A DNA stretch of 64,000 nt, from NCBI GenBank assembly GCA_046327915.1, contig JAXLXO010000026.1, positions 23,069 to 87,068 of the forward strand, read 5' to 3'. The notes beneath the pieces are model-generated. The model ran no database searches. It was not told the origin of the DNA and saw only the letters and a list, made by a program, of their open reading frames with translations. The stretch is from Candidatus Binatia bacterium (GTDB lineage Bacteria; Desulfobacterota; Binatia; UBA12015). Made by a program: the position numbers and the translations under genes. Each line of letters starts with the position of its first letter. Positions within the stretch are counted from its first letter, which is position 1. Below, piece by piece: positions 47,599-57,200 of the stretch.

Positions 47599-49265
47599 GT
47601 GCCGCAGCGGGTGCGGGCCGCGACGCCAGCGGCGACGCCGGCGTCCTCTACCGCGGCGGCGACGTGGTCACGATGGACGCCGCGCGTCCGCACGCGACGG
47701 CGCTCGCGACTCGTGCCGGACGCATCGTCGCGGTCGGCACGGAGGACGAGTGCCGCGCCGCGCTCGCGCTGGCCGGCACCGGCGAGCGCTCCGTCGAGGA
47801 GATCGACCTCGCCGGCCGCTGCGTCGTGCCGGGCTTCATCGACACGCACCTGCACCCGGTCGGGCTGCTGTACTTCGACCTGCACGCGGACCTGAGCCGC
47901 GTCGCGAGCATCGCGGAGATGCAGGACGTGCTGCGCGCGGCGGCGGCTGCGCATCCGGACGATCCCTGCGTGGTCGGTCTGCGCCTGCAGGACGAGAGCC
48001 TCGCCGAGCGGCGCCTGCCGACGCGCGGCGAGCTCGACGCGGTGTGCAGCGATCGCCCGGTCGTGGTCCTCGAGCACGACGGGCACAGCGCCGCGGGCAA
48101 CTCGGTGGCGCTGGCGGCCGCGGGCCTCGACCGGATGACGAGCGATCCGCCGGGTGGACGTCTCGCGCGCGACGCGAGCGGACGCCCGTCGGGCGCGGCC
48201 TTCGAGAGCGCGGCGCAGATGCTGCTCGGCGCCGCGCCGTCGCCGTCGCTCGAGCGCTTCCGCGACACCGCGCGGACGACCTTCGCGCGCATGAGCGCGC
48301 ACGGCATCACCAGCGCCGGCGTCGTCCTGCAGACCGACGAGGAAGGGCCCGGCGGCGCCGGAGCCGCGCTCGAGTCGCTCGGCTTCCTGATGCTGCTCGA
48401 CGAGGTTCCGTTCGCGACCTACGCGATCCTCATCGGTCGCACCGTCGAGGCCGCGGTCGCGGCACGCGCGAGCGCGCTGCACGATCCGGCGGCGGGACGC
48501 CGCGTCGGCGGCTTCAAGATCTTCGCCGACGGCACCTTCGGCAGCTGCACCGCCTGCATGCGCGATCCGTTCTCTGACCGCCCCGGCGAGCGCGGCTTCC
48601 TGACGCTGCCCGAGGACGAGATCGAAGCCCGCATGCGCGCGGCGCACGACGCCGGGCTGCAGGTGTGCGTGCACGCGATCGGCGACGCGGCGGTCGAGCG
48701 CTGCGTCGATCTGTACGAGCGGCTGCTCGCCGAGGCACCGCGCCCGGACCATCGCCATCGCATCGAGCACGCGTCGATCGCCGATCCCGCGCTGATCGCG
48801 CGCATCGCGCGGCTCGGCATCGCGGTCTCGACGCAGCCGCTGTTCATCCACTCGGAGAAGAGCTGGCTCGAGCGGCGGCTCGGCGCCGAGCGTGCGCGGC
48901 ACGTCTATCCGCTGCGCGCGTTCGCCGACGCGGGCGTGCTGGTCGGCGGGGCGTCGGACGCGCCGGTCGAGTCGACCGACGTGCTGCACGCGATCGCCTG
49001 CTGCGTGACGCGCGAGGGCTTCGTGCCGAGCCAGGCGCTGACGCCGCACGAGGCGCTCGCGCTGTTCACGCGCGACGCGGCCCGCGTGCAGTTCGAGGAG
49101 AACGAGAAGGGCACGCTGACACCCGGCAAGCGCGCCGACCTCGTCGTGCTCGAGGCGAATCCGCTCGCGGTCGCGCCGCACGAGATCGCCGCGATCCGGG
49201 TGCTGCGCACGGTCGTCGCAGGCCGCGTCGTGCACGACGTCGCGGCACGAGGAGAATCCCGGTGA
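47595..49265 (+). CDS. Metal-dependent amidohydrolase (Amidohydro_3/YtcJ-like)
   Basis: 556 aa from ATG 47595 (ATGA overlap). PGFIDTHLHP HxH motif. VHAIGD. IEHAS. Confidence 0.85.
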   Translation: MSAAAGAGRDASGDAGVLYRGGDVVTMDAARPHATALATRAGRIVAVGTEDECRAALALAGTGERSVEEIDLAGRCVVPGFIDTHLHPVGLLYFDLHADLSRVASIAEMQDVLRAAAAAHPDDPCVVGLRLQDESLAERRLPTRGELDAVCSDRPVVVLEHDGHSAAGNSVALAAAGLDRMTSDPPGGRLARDASGRPSGAAFESAAQMLLGAAPSPSLERFRDTARTTFARMSAHGITSAGVVLQTDEEGPGGAGAALESLGFLMLLDEVPFATYAILIGRTVEAAVAARASALHDPAAGRRVGGFKIFADGTFGSCTACMRDPFSDRPGERGFLTLPEDEIEARMRAAHDAGLQVCVHAIGDAAVERCVDLYERLLAEAPRPDHRHRIEHASIADPALIARIARLGIAVSTQPLFIHSEKSWLERRLGAERARHVYPLRAFADAGVLVGGASDAPVESTDVLHAIACCVTREGFVPSQALTPHEALALFTRDAARVQFEENEKGTLTPGKRADLVVLEANPLAVAPHEIAAIRVLRTVVAGRVVHDVAARGESR

Positions 49266-50377
49266 GCACCTCGACCATCGCAGAGTCGTTCCGCGCGTCG
49301 TACGGCGACGCGCGCGGTCTCTTTCTCGAGAGCTGCGCGGCCTCCGGTGCGCGCGTCGCGTCGCACGCGCATCCCCTGCCCGGCCCGGACGGCGCCGCGC
49401 TGTCTCTCGACGAGGCGCGCTTCGGGCCCGACGACGCGCGCCGCGTGCTCTTCGTCGCGTCGGGCACGCACGGCGTCGAGGGCTACTGCGGCTCGGGAAT
49501 CCAGAGCTTCCTGCTCGCCGACGGGCTCGCGTCGCGGCTGCCCGAAGGCGTCGCGCTGGTCCTCGTGCACGCGGTCAATCCGTGGGGCTTCGCGTGGACG
49601 AGGCGCGTGAACGAGGACAACGTCGACCTGAACCGCAACTTCCTCGACCACGACGCGCCGCACCCCGACAACCCCGACTACGATCGCCTGTACGACGTGC
49701 TCAACCTGCCGTCGCTCGATCCGGCCGCGATCGCCGACGGCATGGCGCAGCTGAAGCGCTTCGAGGACGAGCACGGCTGGGCCGCGATGTACCGCGCGCT
49801 GTCCGGCGGCCAGTACCGGCACCCGCGCGGCGTGCAGTTCGGCGGCACCGCGCCGACGTGGTCGAACCGCACCCTGCGCGCGCTGTGGCAGCGGCACGCC
49901 GGCGCGGCCGAGGTCGCGGCGTTCGTCGACCTGCACTCGGGTCTCGGACCGCGCGCGATGGGCATGCTGCTGCAGACCGCGCGCGAGGGCAGCACGGCGG
50001 ACCTGCTCGCGCGCGCGTGCTGGCCGGACGTGATCCGCGCCGAGCCCGCGCAGGGCGGCGACGCGGCACTGGTGTCGGGGCTGATCGGACCGGCGTTCGT
50101 CGCGGCATTGCCGCACGTGGCGGCGGTCGGGCTGGTGCTGGAGTTCGGCACGCGCGAGCTCACCGAGGTCCTGCAGGCGGTGCAGGCCGACCACTGGCTC
50201 GACGCGCACGGCGTGCGCGACTCGGATCAGGGCCGCGCGATCGCGCGCCGCATGCGCGACGCCTTCTTCCTCGACGACGCCGACTGGCAGGAGGCCGTCT
50301 GCCTGCGCGCTCGCGAGGTCGTCGATCGCGCGCTCGCCGGCGTGCACGCATACGCGGCGCCTGCGGAGGGACGATGA
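49262..50377 (+). CDS. M14-type metallocarboxypeptidase-like protein (DUF2817-like)
   Basis: GTG start (GTGA overlap). SGTHGVEG (HxxE). VHAVNPWGFAWTRRVNEDNVDLNRNF. Confidence 0.7.
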   Translation: MSTSTIAESFRASYGDARGLFLESCAASGARVASHAHPLPGPDGAALSLDEARFGPDDARRVLFVASGTHGVEGYCGSGIQSFLLADGLASRLPEGVALVLVHAVNPWGFAWTRRVNEDNVDLNRNFLDHDAPHPDNPDYDRLYDVLNLPSLDPAAIADGMAQLKRFEDEHGWAAMYRALSGGQYRHPRGVQFGGTAPTWSNRTLRALWQRHAGAAEVAAFVDLHSGLGPRAMGMLLQTAREGSTADLLARACWPDVIRAEPAQGGDAALVSGLIGPAFVAALPHVAAVGLVLEFGTRELTEVLQAVQADHWLDAHGVRDSDQGRAIARRMRDAFFLDDADWQEAVCLRAREVVDRALAGVHAYAAPAEGR

Positions 50378-50844
50378 CCGGGCATGCTGCACACGTTCGC
50401 GAGGCGACACCCGCGGATCGCGACTTCCTCGTCGACTGCGCGAGCGCGATGGCGCTCGAGACCGAGCACAAGGAGCTCGACCTGCCGACGCTCCGCGCGG
50501 GTGTCGCGGCCCTGCTCGACGATGCGACGCGCGGTCGCGTGCTCGTCGCCGAGGTCGGCGGTGCCCCGGCCGCGACGCTGATGCTCACCTACGAGTGGAG
50601 TGACTGGCGCAACGGCTTCTTCTGGTGGATCCAGAGCGTCTACGTCGTCCCGGCGCAGCGCCGGCGCGGGCTCTACCGGCTGCTGCACGAGCACGTGCGC
50701 GAGCTGGCCGCACGCACCGACGGCGTGTACGGGCTGCGGCTCTACGTCGAGCGCGACAACGCCGACGCGCAGCAGACGTACCGCCGGATGGGCATGGAGG
50801 AGACCGCGTACCGCATCTACGAGGAGCCGGTGCGCCGCGGCTGA
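50374..50844 (+). CDS. GNAT-family N-acetyltransferase
   Basis: 156 aa from ATG 50374 (ATGA overlap). VVPAQRRRGLYRLLHEHV acetyl-CoA motif. Confidence 0.8.
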   Translation: MTGHAAHVREATPADRDFLVDCASAMALETEHKELDLPTLRAGVAALLDDATRGRVLVAEVGGAPAATLMLTYEWSDWRNGFFWWIQSVYVVPAQRRRGLYRLLHEHVRELAARTDGVYGLRLYVERDNADAQQTYRRMGMEETAYRIYEEPVRRG

Positions 50845-50904
50845 GGTCGGCGACGCGCGCGTCCGTGGCAGACCGCACCGCTTCCGTGCGAGGATGCGGC
50901 CGTC

Positions 50905-51585
50905 ATGCAGCCCGCGCCGAAGTCCCCGGCGACCACGCCGTCTCCCGGCAAGCGCGTCCTCGACCCGATGGAGCGCCTCTCCGAGGTACTGTTCGGGCTC
51001 ATCATGGTCTTGACGTTCACCGGCTCGCTCGGCGCGGCGACCGCGGGACGCGAGGAGATCCGCACGATGCTCATCGGAGCGATCGGCTGCAATCTCGCCT
51101 GGGGGGTCGTCGACGCAGCGATGTTCCTGATGGCGCAGCTGGCCGAGCGCGGACGCGGCCTCCTCGCCTACCGCACCGCGCGGCACTCCGGCGACCCGGA
51201 GCGCGCGCGCCGGGCGATCGCGGAAGCGCTGCCACCGATCGTGGCCGCGGTGATGACACCGGGCGAGCTCGACGCGATCCGGGAGCGGCTGCGGAGCCAG
51301 CCAGAGCCGCCGCCGACACCGCGACTCGTCGCCAGGGACTTCCGCGGTGCGCTCGGCGTCTTCCTGCTGGTCTTCCTCTCGACCTTCCCGGTCGCGGTCC
51401 CGTTCCTGCTGATGCACGAGGCGCAGACGGCGCTGCGCGTCTCGAACGCGATCGCGCTGGCGATGCTGTTCCTCACCGGACACGCGCTCGGACGCCTCGC
51501 GGGACGGCATGCGATCGGCACCGGCCTGATCATGATGCTGATCGGCATCGCGCTGGTCGCGATCACGATCGCGCTCGGCGGCTGA
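50905..51585 (+). CDS. Membrane protein, VIT1/CCC1-like (tentative)
   Basis: 226 aa. LSEVLFGLIMVLTFTGSLGAA resembles the VIT-family first helix. Four to five TM segments. The family call is weak. Confidence 0.55.
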   Translation: MQPAPKSPATTPSPGKRVLDPMERLSEVLFGLIMVLTFTGSLGAATAGREEIRTMLIGAIGCNLAWGVVDAAMFLMAQLAERGRGLLAYRTARHSGDPERARRAIAEALPPIVAAVMTPGELDAIRERLRSQPEPPPTPRLVARDFRGALGVFLLVFLSTFPVAVPFLLMHEAQTALRVSNAIALAMLFLTGHALGRLAGRHAIGTGLIMMLIGIALVAITIALGG

Positions 51586-52464
51586 CTACTCCTCCTGCCG
51601 GCGCCCCGTGAACCAGAACGCGACGCCGAAGGCGAGCAGCAGCGTGATGCCGAGCGCCGAGCCGAACGGCCAGTTGCGCGCGTTTCCCTTGAACTGGTTC
51701 TCGATGATGTTGCCGATCATGTCGACCTTGCCGCCACCCAGGATGTCGTTGACGGCGTAGAGGCCGAGCGCCGGAATGAACACCAGCAGGATGCCCGCGG
51801 TGATGCCCGGCGACGTCATCGGCACGATGACGCGCGAGAACGCGCGCACCGGTCCGGCGCCGAGGTCGAACGCAGCCTCGACGAGCGCGTTGTCGAGCTT
51901 CTCGACGCTGGTGTAGATCGGCAGGATCATGAACGGCAGGAACGTGTAGACCAGCCCGAGGATCACGGCGGCCGGCGTGTACAGCATCTCGAACGGCTGC
52001 GTGATCAGCTGCCACTGGATCAGCAGGCCGTTCAGCAGGCCCTCGTTCTTCAGGATGGTCACCCACGCGTAGGTCCGGATGAGGAAGCTCGTCCAGAACG
52101 GGATCATGACCATCATCAGGAGCAGGTTTCGCCAGCGCGCGTCGGCGCGGCCGATGTAGTACGCGACCGGGTAGCCCATCACGAGGCAGATGATCGTCGT
52201 GAGCCCGGAGTACAGGATCGAGCGCACGACGATCTTCAGGTACGTCGGATCGAGGACCGCGGCGTAGTTGTCCATCGTGAAGTCGAGCACCACGCCGCCG
52301 AGCGTGCCGCGGCGTCCGAAGCTGTAGACCAGCATGATCGCGGTCGGCGCGACCACGAAGAGCGCGACCCACAGCAGCAGCGGCGACAGCAGCAGCCACC
52401 CGGTGAGCCCGGGTGGCCGCTGGTAGCCGGTCGGCGCTGCGACGCTGGTGTTTCCCGTGCGCAT
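51586..52464 (-). CDS. potB: Spermidine/putrescine ABC transporter permease (PotB-like)
   Basis: 292 aa, six TM segments, EAA-type loop (VEAAFDLGAGPVRAFSRVIVP). Confidence 0.85.
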   Translation of the reverse strand: MRTGNTSVAAPTGYQRPPGLTGWLLLSPLLLWVALFVVAPTAIMLVYSFGRRGTLGGVVLDFTMDNYAAVLDPTYLKIVVRSILYSGLTTIICLVMGYPVAYYIGRADARWRNLLLMMVMIPFWTSFLIRTYAWVTILKNEGLLNGLLIQWQLITQPFEMLYTPAAVILGLVYTFLPFMILPIYTSVEKLDNALVEAAFDLGAGPVRAFSRVIVPMTSPGITAGILLVFIPALGLYAVNDILGGGKVDMIGNIIENQFKGNARNWPFGSALGITLLLAFGVAFWFTGRRQEE

Positions 52465-52471
52465 TGCGCGA

Positions 52472-53626
52472 TCAGCTGTCCGCCTTGAGGTCCGTGACCA
52501 TCTTGTCGATGGGGACCGCGCGGTCGCCGATGTCGCGGAAGGTCTCGAGCTTCGGGTTGCCGGGCGGGTAGCTCGCGGGGTTGGCGAGTTCCTCGGGCGT
52601 GAGCTCCTTGCGCGCCGCGAGATTGGGATTCGTGTACGGGAAGTCCGCCGAGATCAGCTTCGAGACCTCGGGGCGCAGGATGTAGTTCATGAACAGCATC
52701 GCGGCCTCGGGGCTGTTGGCGTTGGCCGGGATCGCGAGGCTGTCGATGAACTGGTGCGCGCCCTCGGCGGGCAGAACGTAGGCGAACTTCTCGTTCTCGT
52801 TGAACAGCATCGCGGCCTCGCCCGACCACACGACGCCGAGGTCGACGTCGCCGTTGAGCAGCGCGGTCTTCGGGCTGTCGGAGTCGTAGACCTTGACCAG
52901 CGGCAGCCACTTCTGGAGCACGGGCTTCACCTTCTCGAGGTTCTCCGGCGTCACGTCGTTGGCCGGGATGCCCTTGGTCGCCATCGCCCAGGTCACGATC
53001 TCGCGCGGGTCGTCGAGCACGACGATGCGGCCCCTGTACTTGTCCTGGAAGACGTCGCCGTAGCCCTTGACCGTGCCGGCCGGGATCTTCTCGGTGTTGA
53101 CGACGATGCCGACCGTGCCGGCCATCCACGGCACCGTGTACTTGTTCTGCGGATCGTGCGGCAGGCCGCGGTACTCGGGCGCGATGTTCTTCGCGTTCGG
53201 CACCTTCGACCAGTCGATCTCGTGCAGCTGCTTCTCGTTGACCAGCGCCTCGATGGTGTACTCGGACGGCTGGATCAGGTCGTAGCGCGTGGCACCCGAG
53301 ACCAGCTTCGCGAGCATCTCCTCGTTCGAGGCGTAGGTCTCGTAGTTGACCTTGATCCCGGTCTCCTTCTGAAAACCGTCGATCACGCCCTGCGGCACGT
53401 ACTCCGACCACGCGAAGAGGTTCAGCTCCTTCGGCAGCGGCTTCGCCGCCTCGGCCTTCGCCGCCGCAGCCGGTGCCGCCGCGGGTGCGGCGGGTGCGGC
53501 CGTCTCGGGCTTCTTCTCCTCGCTCGGGCTCTTGCTGCACGCACCGATCAGCGCCACCGCGCCGACGACGGCGAGCACGAGTCCACGCTGCCCCGCGATC
53601 GAGAACGACTTGCTTCGCTTCATCAT
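52472..53626 (-). CDS. Polyamine ABC transporter periplasmic substrate-binding protein (PotD/PotF-like)
   Basis: Lipobox/signal (VGAVALIGAC). LNLFAWSEYVPQGVIDGFQKETGIKV start is typical of the PotD/F family. Confidence 0.85.
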   Translation of the reverse strand: MMKRSKSFSIAGQRGLVLAVVGAVALIGACSKSPSEEKKPETAAPAAPAAAPAAAAKAEAAKPLPKELNLFAWSEYVPQGVIDGFQKETGIKVNYETYASNEEMLAKLVSGATRYDLIQPSEYTIEALVNEKQLHEIDWSKVPNAKNIAPEYRGLPHDPQNKYTVPWMAGTVGIVVNTEKIPAGTVKGYGDVFQDKYRGRIVVLDDPREIVTWAMATKGIPANDVTPENLEKVKPVLQKWLPLVKVYDSDSPKTALLNGDVDLGVVWSGEAAMLFNENEKFAYVLPAEGAHQFIDSLAIPANANSPEAAMLFMNYILRPEVSKLISADFPYTNPNLAARKELTPEELANPASYPPGNPKLETFRDIGDRAVPIDKMVTDLKADS

Positions 53627-53672
53627 GCCTCCGTCCGGCGCCGGCCCGCGGCCGCGCGCGGATGATCCCTCC

Positions 53673-54446
53673 TCAGTGCTCCCGCTTCTTCAGCAGCTCG
53701 GTGACGATCACCAGCACGACCGTCGACAGGATGAACACCGTCGAGATCGCGTTCAGCGTCGGATCGAGACCCTTCTTGACGCGCCCGAAGATCTCGAGCG
53801 GCAGGGTGCGCGTGCCGGCGCTGGCCGTGAAATACGTCACGATGAGCTCGTCGAGCGAGAGCGTGAACGACATCAGCGCGCCCGAGACGATCGCGGGCGC
53901 GAGATAGGGAACGAGAATCTTGCGGAACGCCTGCCAGGGCGTGGCGCCGAGGTCCTGCGCCGCCTCCTCGAGCGACGGGTCGAGGCCGGCGAGGCGCGCC
54001 TGCACCGCGACCATCACGAACGGGAAGCAGAACGTGACGTGGCTGATGATGATCGTCGAGTAGCCCAGCTCGAGGTGCACGGCGACGAAGAAGATCAGCA
54101 GGCTGACGCCCATGATCACCTCGGGGATGATCATCGGGATGAAGATCAGCGTGCTCAGCATGCGCACGCCGGGGAAGCGGTAGCGGAACAGCAGCCACGC
54201 GCCCGCGGTGCCGAGCGCCACCGACAGCACGGTCGTGACCACCGCGACGTAGAGGCTGCTGTACAGCGACTGCACCAGCACCTGGTCGCGCCAGATCGCG
54301 GCGTACCAGTCGAGCGTGAAGCCCTGCCAGACGATGTTGAGGCGCGAGGAGTTGAACGAGTAGCCGATCAGGATGACGATCGGCAGGTAGAAGAAGATCA
54401 TCACCAGCACGGTCCAGAAGCCGAGCAGGCGCTGGACCGTCTTCAC
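53673..54446 (-). CDS. potC: Spermidine/putrescine ABC transporter permease (PotC-like)
   Basis: 257 aa, six TM segments, EAA loop (EEAAQDLGATPWQAFRKILVP). Confidence 0.85.
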   Translation of the reverse strand: MKTVQRLLGFWTVLVMIFFYLPIVILIGYSFNSSRLNIVWQGFTLDWYAAIWRDQVLVQSLYSSLYVAVVTTVLSVALGTAGAWLLFRYRFPGVRMLSTLIFIPMIIPEVIMGVSLLIFFVAVHLELGYSTIIISHVTFCFPFVMVAVQARLAGLDPSLEEAAQDLGATPWQAFRKILVPYLAPAIVSGALMSFTLSLDELIVTYFTASAGTRTLPLEIFGRVKKGLDPTLNAISTVFILSTVVLVIVTELLKKREH

Positions 54447-54577
54447 GCCGCCTCCTCGCGCAGAGCCGCGTGGTCTCGCTCGCGATCGGCGATCGCGCTG
54501 CGTCGCTTCCGCCCGTCCGGCACGAGCCGGGCTTACAATCGCGGCGGCCGCGTCGTCAAATCAAAGCCGCGGTCCGG

Positions 54578-54985
54578 CTACTGAGCGCCCTGCTGCGCCA
54601 CCTTCTTCGCCACCGCGTCCTCGAACTTCTGCTTCAGCTCGTCCTTCGAGGCGTCGTAGGCCTGGTACTGCTCGGGCGACAGCGCGGTCTTCAGCTCGGC
54701 GTCCTTCTCGGCCTGGATCGCCTTCATCTGGCGCGCCTTGGAGAACATGCCGTCGTCGCCCTTGATGACGGGCTCGGTCTTCTCGGCGTACTTCAGGTTG
54801 ATCGCGCCGATCTTCGCGCTCTCCTCCGGCGAGAGCCCGAGCTTCTTCACGAGGAATTCGGTCTGGATGCCGGCGCGCTCCTGCGGCGTGGTCTTCTGCA
54901 GCAGGCTCATCAGGTCGGCACGGGCCGCGGTCGCCGTCAGCAACACAGCCGCGATGAGAACCATGAACCGTCTCTGCTTCACCAT
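54578..54985 (-). CDS. Small exported helical protein, unknown function
   Basis: Signal peptide (FMVLIAAVLLTATAARA). Lys/Glu-rich helical repeats. The start (54985 or 54997) is uncertain. Confidence 0.55.
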   Translation of the reverse strand: MVKQRRFMVLIAAVLLTATAARADLMSLLQKTTPQERAGIQTEFLVKKLGLSPEESAKIGAINLKYAEKTEPVIKGDDGMFSKARQMKAIQAEKDAELKTALSPEQYQAYDASKDELKQKFEDAVAKKVAQQGAQ

Positions 54986-55037
54986 TCCCCCTGACATCCG
55001 GCAGTCGCCGCCCAGGGCCCATCGGGAGACAACGCCA

Positions 55038-56015
55038 CTACCCGACCTTCTTCGACTGTCCGAGCCATTGATGCAACTCGGTCGCGTGCTCCGCAATGTC
55101 CTGGGCCTCTTCAGCGAGGTACTCCGTATAGTGGTCGTACGTCCCGGCCGTGCGGTCGACGGCGGCGAAGTGCGCCATGACCACGGCCTGCCAAACGATC
55201 GCGCAGGAGTGGATGGAGAGGAGTTCGTCTTCGAGAATGGTGCGTCGTCGCGTGATCCGCAGGGTTCTGACGACGATCAGAACGAACGTCGATGACAAGA
55301 TGGAAATAGGGATCAGGGCGGGACACGAGAGCGTCTGCAGGAAGAGGGGCAGGAGCATCAGCAACTGAGTGAACGCGAGCACCGAAAGGATCGTCCTGAG
55401 ATAGCTTCCTGCGTAATACACCGCGTTCGGCCGCCCTTGACGATTGACCGAACTCGCGAGTCGTTGAGGGAGAAACCAGGGGTATCCGGAGTTCGATCCG
55501 CACCGAGGAGCGAGGCAAGCCGCGACGCTCGGGTGAAGGTGGTAGAGTCCACCCCGAAACCAGTTGACCCACCCGAGGTGGTTTTCCTCGAGCCATCGTC
55601 CGACGAGGGTCCCCTCGGGCGTCCGGTAGATCGCGCGGAAGAGAGTCGGCTGAACCACCCGCCACGCACGCACCGCCTCTTCCCAAGCAAGTTCCCGCAT
55701 CTCGGATCGCCAGCGGGGCTTTTCACCGCGCAAGAACGCGTAGTTGAGTCGCTCCGTGCGAGCCAAGTGCAGTTCGTATCCACAGTTTCGATTGGCGGTT
55801 GCGTACTTGAAGATGCTCATCCGGCTTACCGCCATCAAAAGCGCGATGGCGGGCAGAGGGGCGTACGCGGCACCTGGAACGCGCCCCATCGCGCCGAGGC
55901 TGATTCCGAGAACGGTCGAAGCGATGGCGAGCGACTGAAACGAATACTGCGTGAAACATTGCTTGGCGCCGGACGCTTCGGACCGAATCGCATCGATCAC
56001 ATCGATTTCTCTCAT
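55038..56015 (-). CDS. Orphan four-TM membrane protein in a low-GC patch
   Basis: 325 aa from ATG 56015 with strong SD AAGGAGAGG. Two TM pairs separated by a soluble stretch of about 130 aa. Three 60-nt lines counted by hand gave 52%, 62% and 57% GC, against about 70% around it. Confidence 0.6.
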   Translation of the reverse strand: MREIDVIDAIRSEASGAKQCFTQYSFQSLAIASTVLGISLGAMGRVPGAAYAPLPAIALLMAVSRMSIFKYATANRNCGYELHLARTERLNYAFLRGEKPRWRSEMRELAWEEAVRAWRVVQPTLFRAIYRTPEGTLVGRWLEENHLGWVNWFRGGLYHLHPSVAACLAPRCGSNSGYPWFLPQRLASSVNRQGRPNAVYYAGSYLRTILSVLAFTQLLMLLPLFLQTLSCPALIPISILSSTFVLIVVRTLRITRRRTILEDELLSIHSCAIVWQAVVMAHFAAVDRTAGTYDHYTEYLAEEAQDIAEHATELHQWLGQSKKVG

Positions 56016-56273
56016 GTCCTCTCCTTCAGGATTGGCGGGATTCGGAGTGGGATGGCCGGGGCTCGGTATCCGAGCACGGCAATACGGAGAACGCGCAAGG
56101 CAGCGGGATCCCCGTGCAAAACGCGAACCGGTCGCCAACCGAGCGAATACCCGGGCGATGGCGGCGAAACCGTGCGCTCATACGGACACCCGTCCGAAGG
56201 TTCGGACTTGCCCGAGCCGAACGGTGCCCGCCGGAGAAATGTCGGGCCCGCGAACCGACTGCGTGACTCGAGG

Positions 56274-57200
56274 TTATGCCCCGAACACGTCCAGCGCGGC
56301 GTCGAAGGTGTTGAGGTGCACCTGCACGACCTTTCGCGTGTCCTCGGTGTACCCGCCGGCCAGCACCCACGCGATCGGCAGGCCCTCGGCCTTCGCGAAC
56401 GCGAACACCAGACGGTCGCGCTCGCGCAGGTCGTCGTGGTCGAGGTCGAGCGGCGAGTACGGATCCTCGCGGTACGGATCGGCTCCGGCCTGGTAGATCA
56501 CGAGGTCCGGCCTGCCCTGCTCGAGCAGCAGCGGCAGCCCCTGCTCCATCACGGCGAGCATGCCGTCGCGCCTGCAGCCGTTGGGCAGCGCGATCGAGCG
56601 GTGGTTCGGGCCGTCGGCGTGGTGCAGGACCGTGACGTCGGAGTACGGCTTGTTCTGGTGATAGTCGTTGCCGTAGAGCGACACGTTCACCAGCCACGGA
56701 CGCGTCGTCGCGAGTGCCGCGGTGCCGTTGCCGTAGTGCAGGTCCATGTCGAAGACCGCGACGGTCGACAGCTCGCCCGCCGTACGCAGCGCCTCCGCCG
56801 CGACCACGAGCCCGTTGAACGTGCAGAAGCCCTCGCCGTGATCGGCGTGGCTGTGGTGGAAGCCGCTCGCGACGGCCGCCGCAGCGCCATCGCGCAGCGC
56901 ACGACGCGACGCCGCGATCACACCGCCGTTCGTCAAGCACACCGACGGATACAGCTCCGGCGTCCACGGGAACTTCTGCGACTCGGCGAGCGCGCGCGGC
57001 TCGCCGGTGCGCACCGCGTCGACGTACTCCTTCGTGTGCACGCGCAGCAGGTCGGCTTCGGACGCGGGCTCGGGACGCTCGAGCCGGATCCCCGGGCGCT
57101 CGCGCAGCCCGTCGGCGACCATCGAGAACTTGGTGATCGGCATCACGTGCTTGCCGATCGGCGCGGCGTACCCGGGGTCGTAGTAGGCGGTGATCGTCAC
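56274..57200 (-). CDS. Histone-deacetylase-family amidohydrolase (acetylpolyamine/acetoin AcuC-like)
   Basis: GFHHSHADHGEGFCTFNG and DMDLHYGNGT zinc/active-site motifs. Confidence 0.85.
   Translation of the reverse strand: MTITAYYDPGYAAPIGKHVMPITKFSMVADGLRERPGIRLERPEPASEADLLRVHTKEYVDAVRTGEPRALAESQKFPWTPELYPSVCLTNGGVIAASRRALRDGAAAAVASGFHHSHADHGEGFCTFNGLVVAAEALRTAGELSTVAVFDMDLHYGNGTAALATTRPWLVNVSLYGNDYHQNKPYSDVTVLHHADGPNHRSIALPNGCRRDGMLAVMEQGLPLLLEQGRPDLVIYQAGADPYREDPYSPLDLDHDDLRERDRLVFAFAKAEGLPIAWVLAGGYTEDTRKVVQVHLNTFDAALDVFGA

Noticed and set aside
55038-56273. Mobile element or genomic islet around the low-GC orphan gene
   Set aside because: No integrase, transposase, tRNA, inverted or direct flanking repeats could be seen. 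Only the compositional anomaly is reported.
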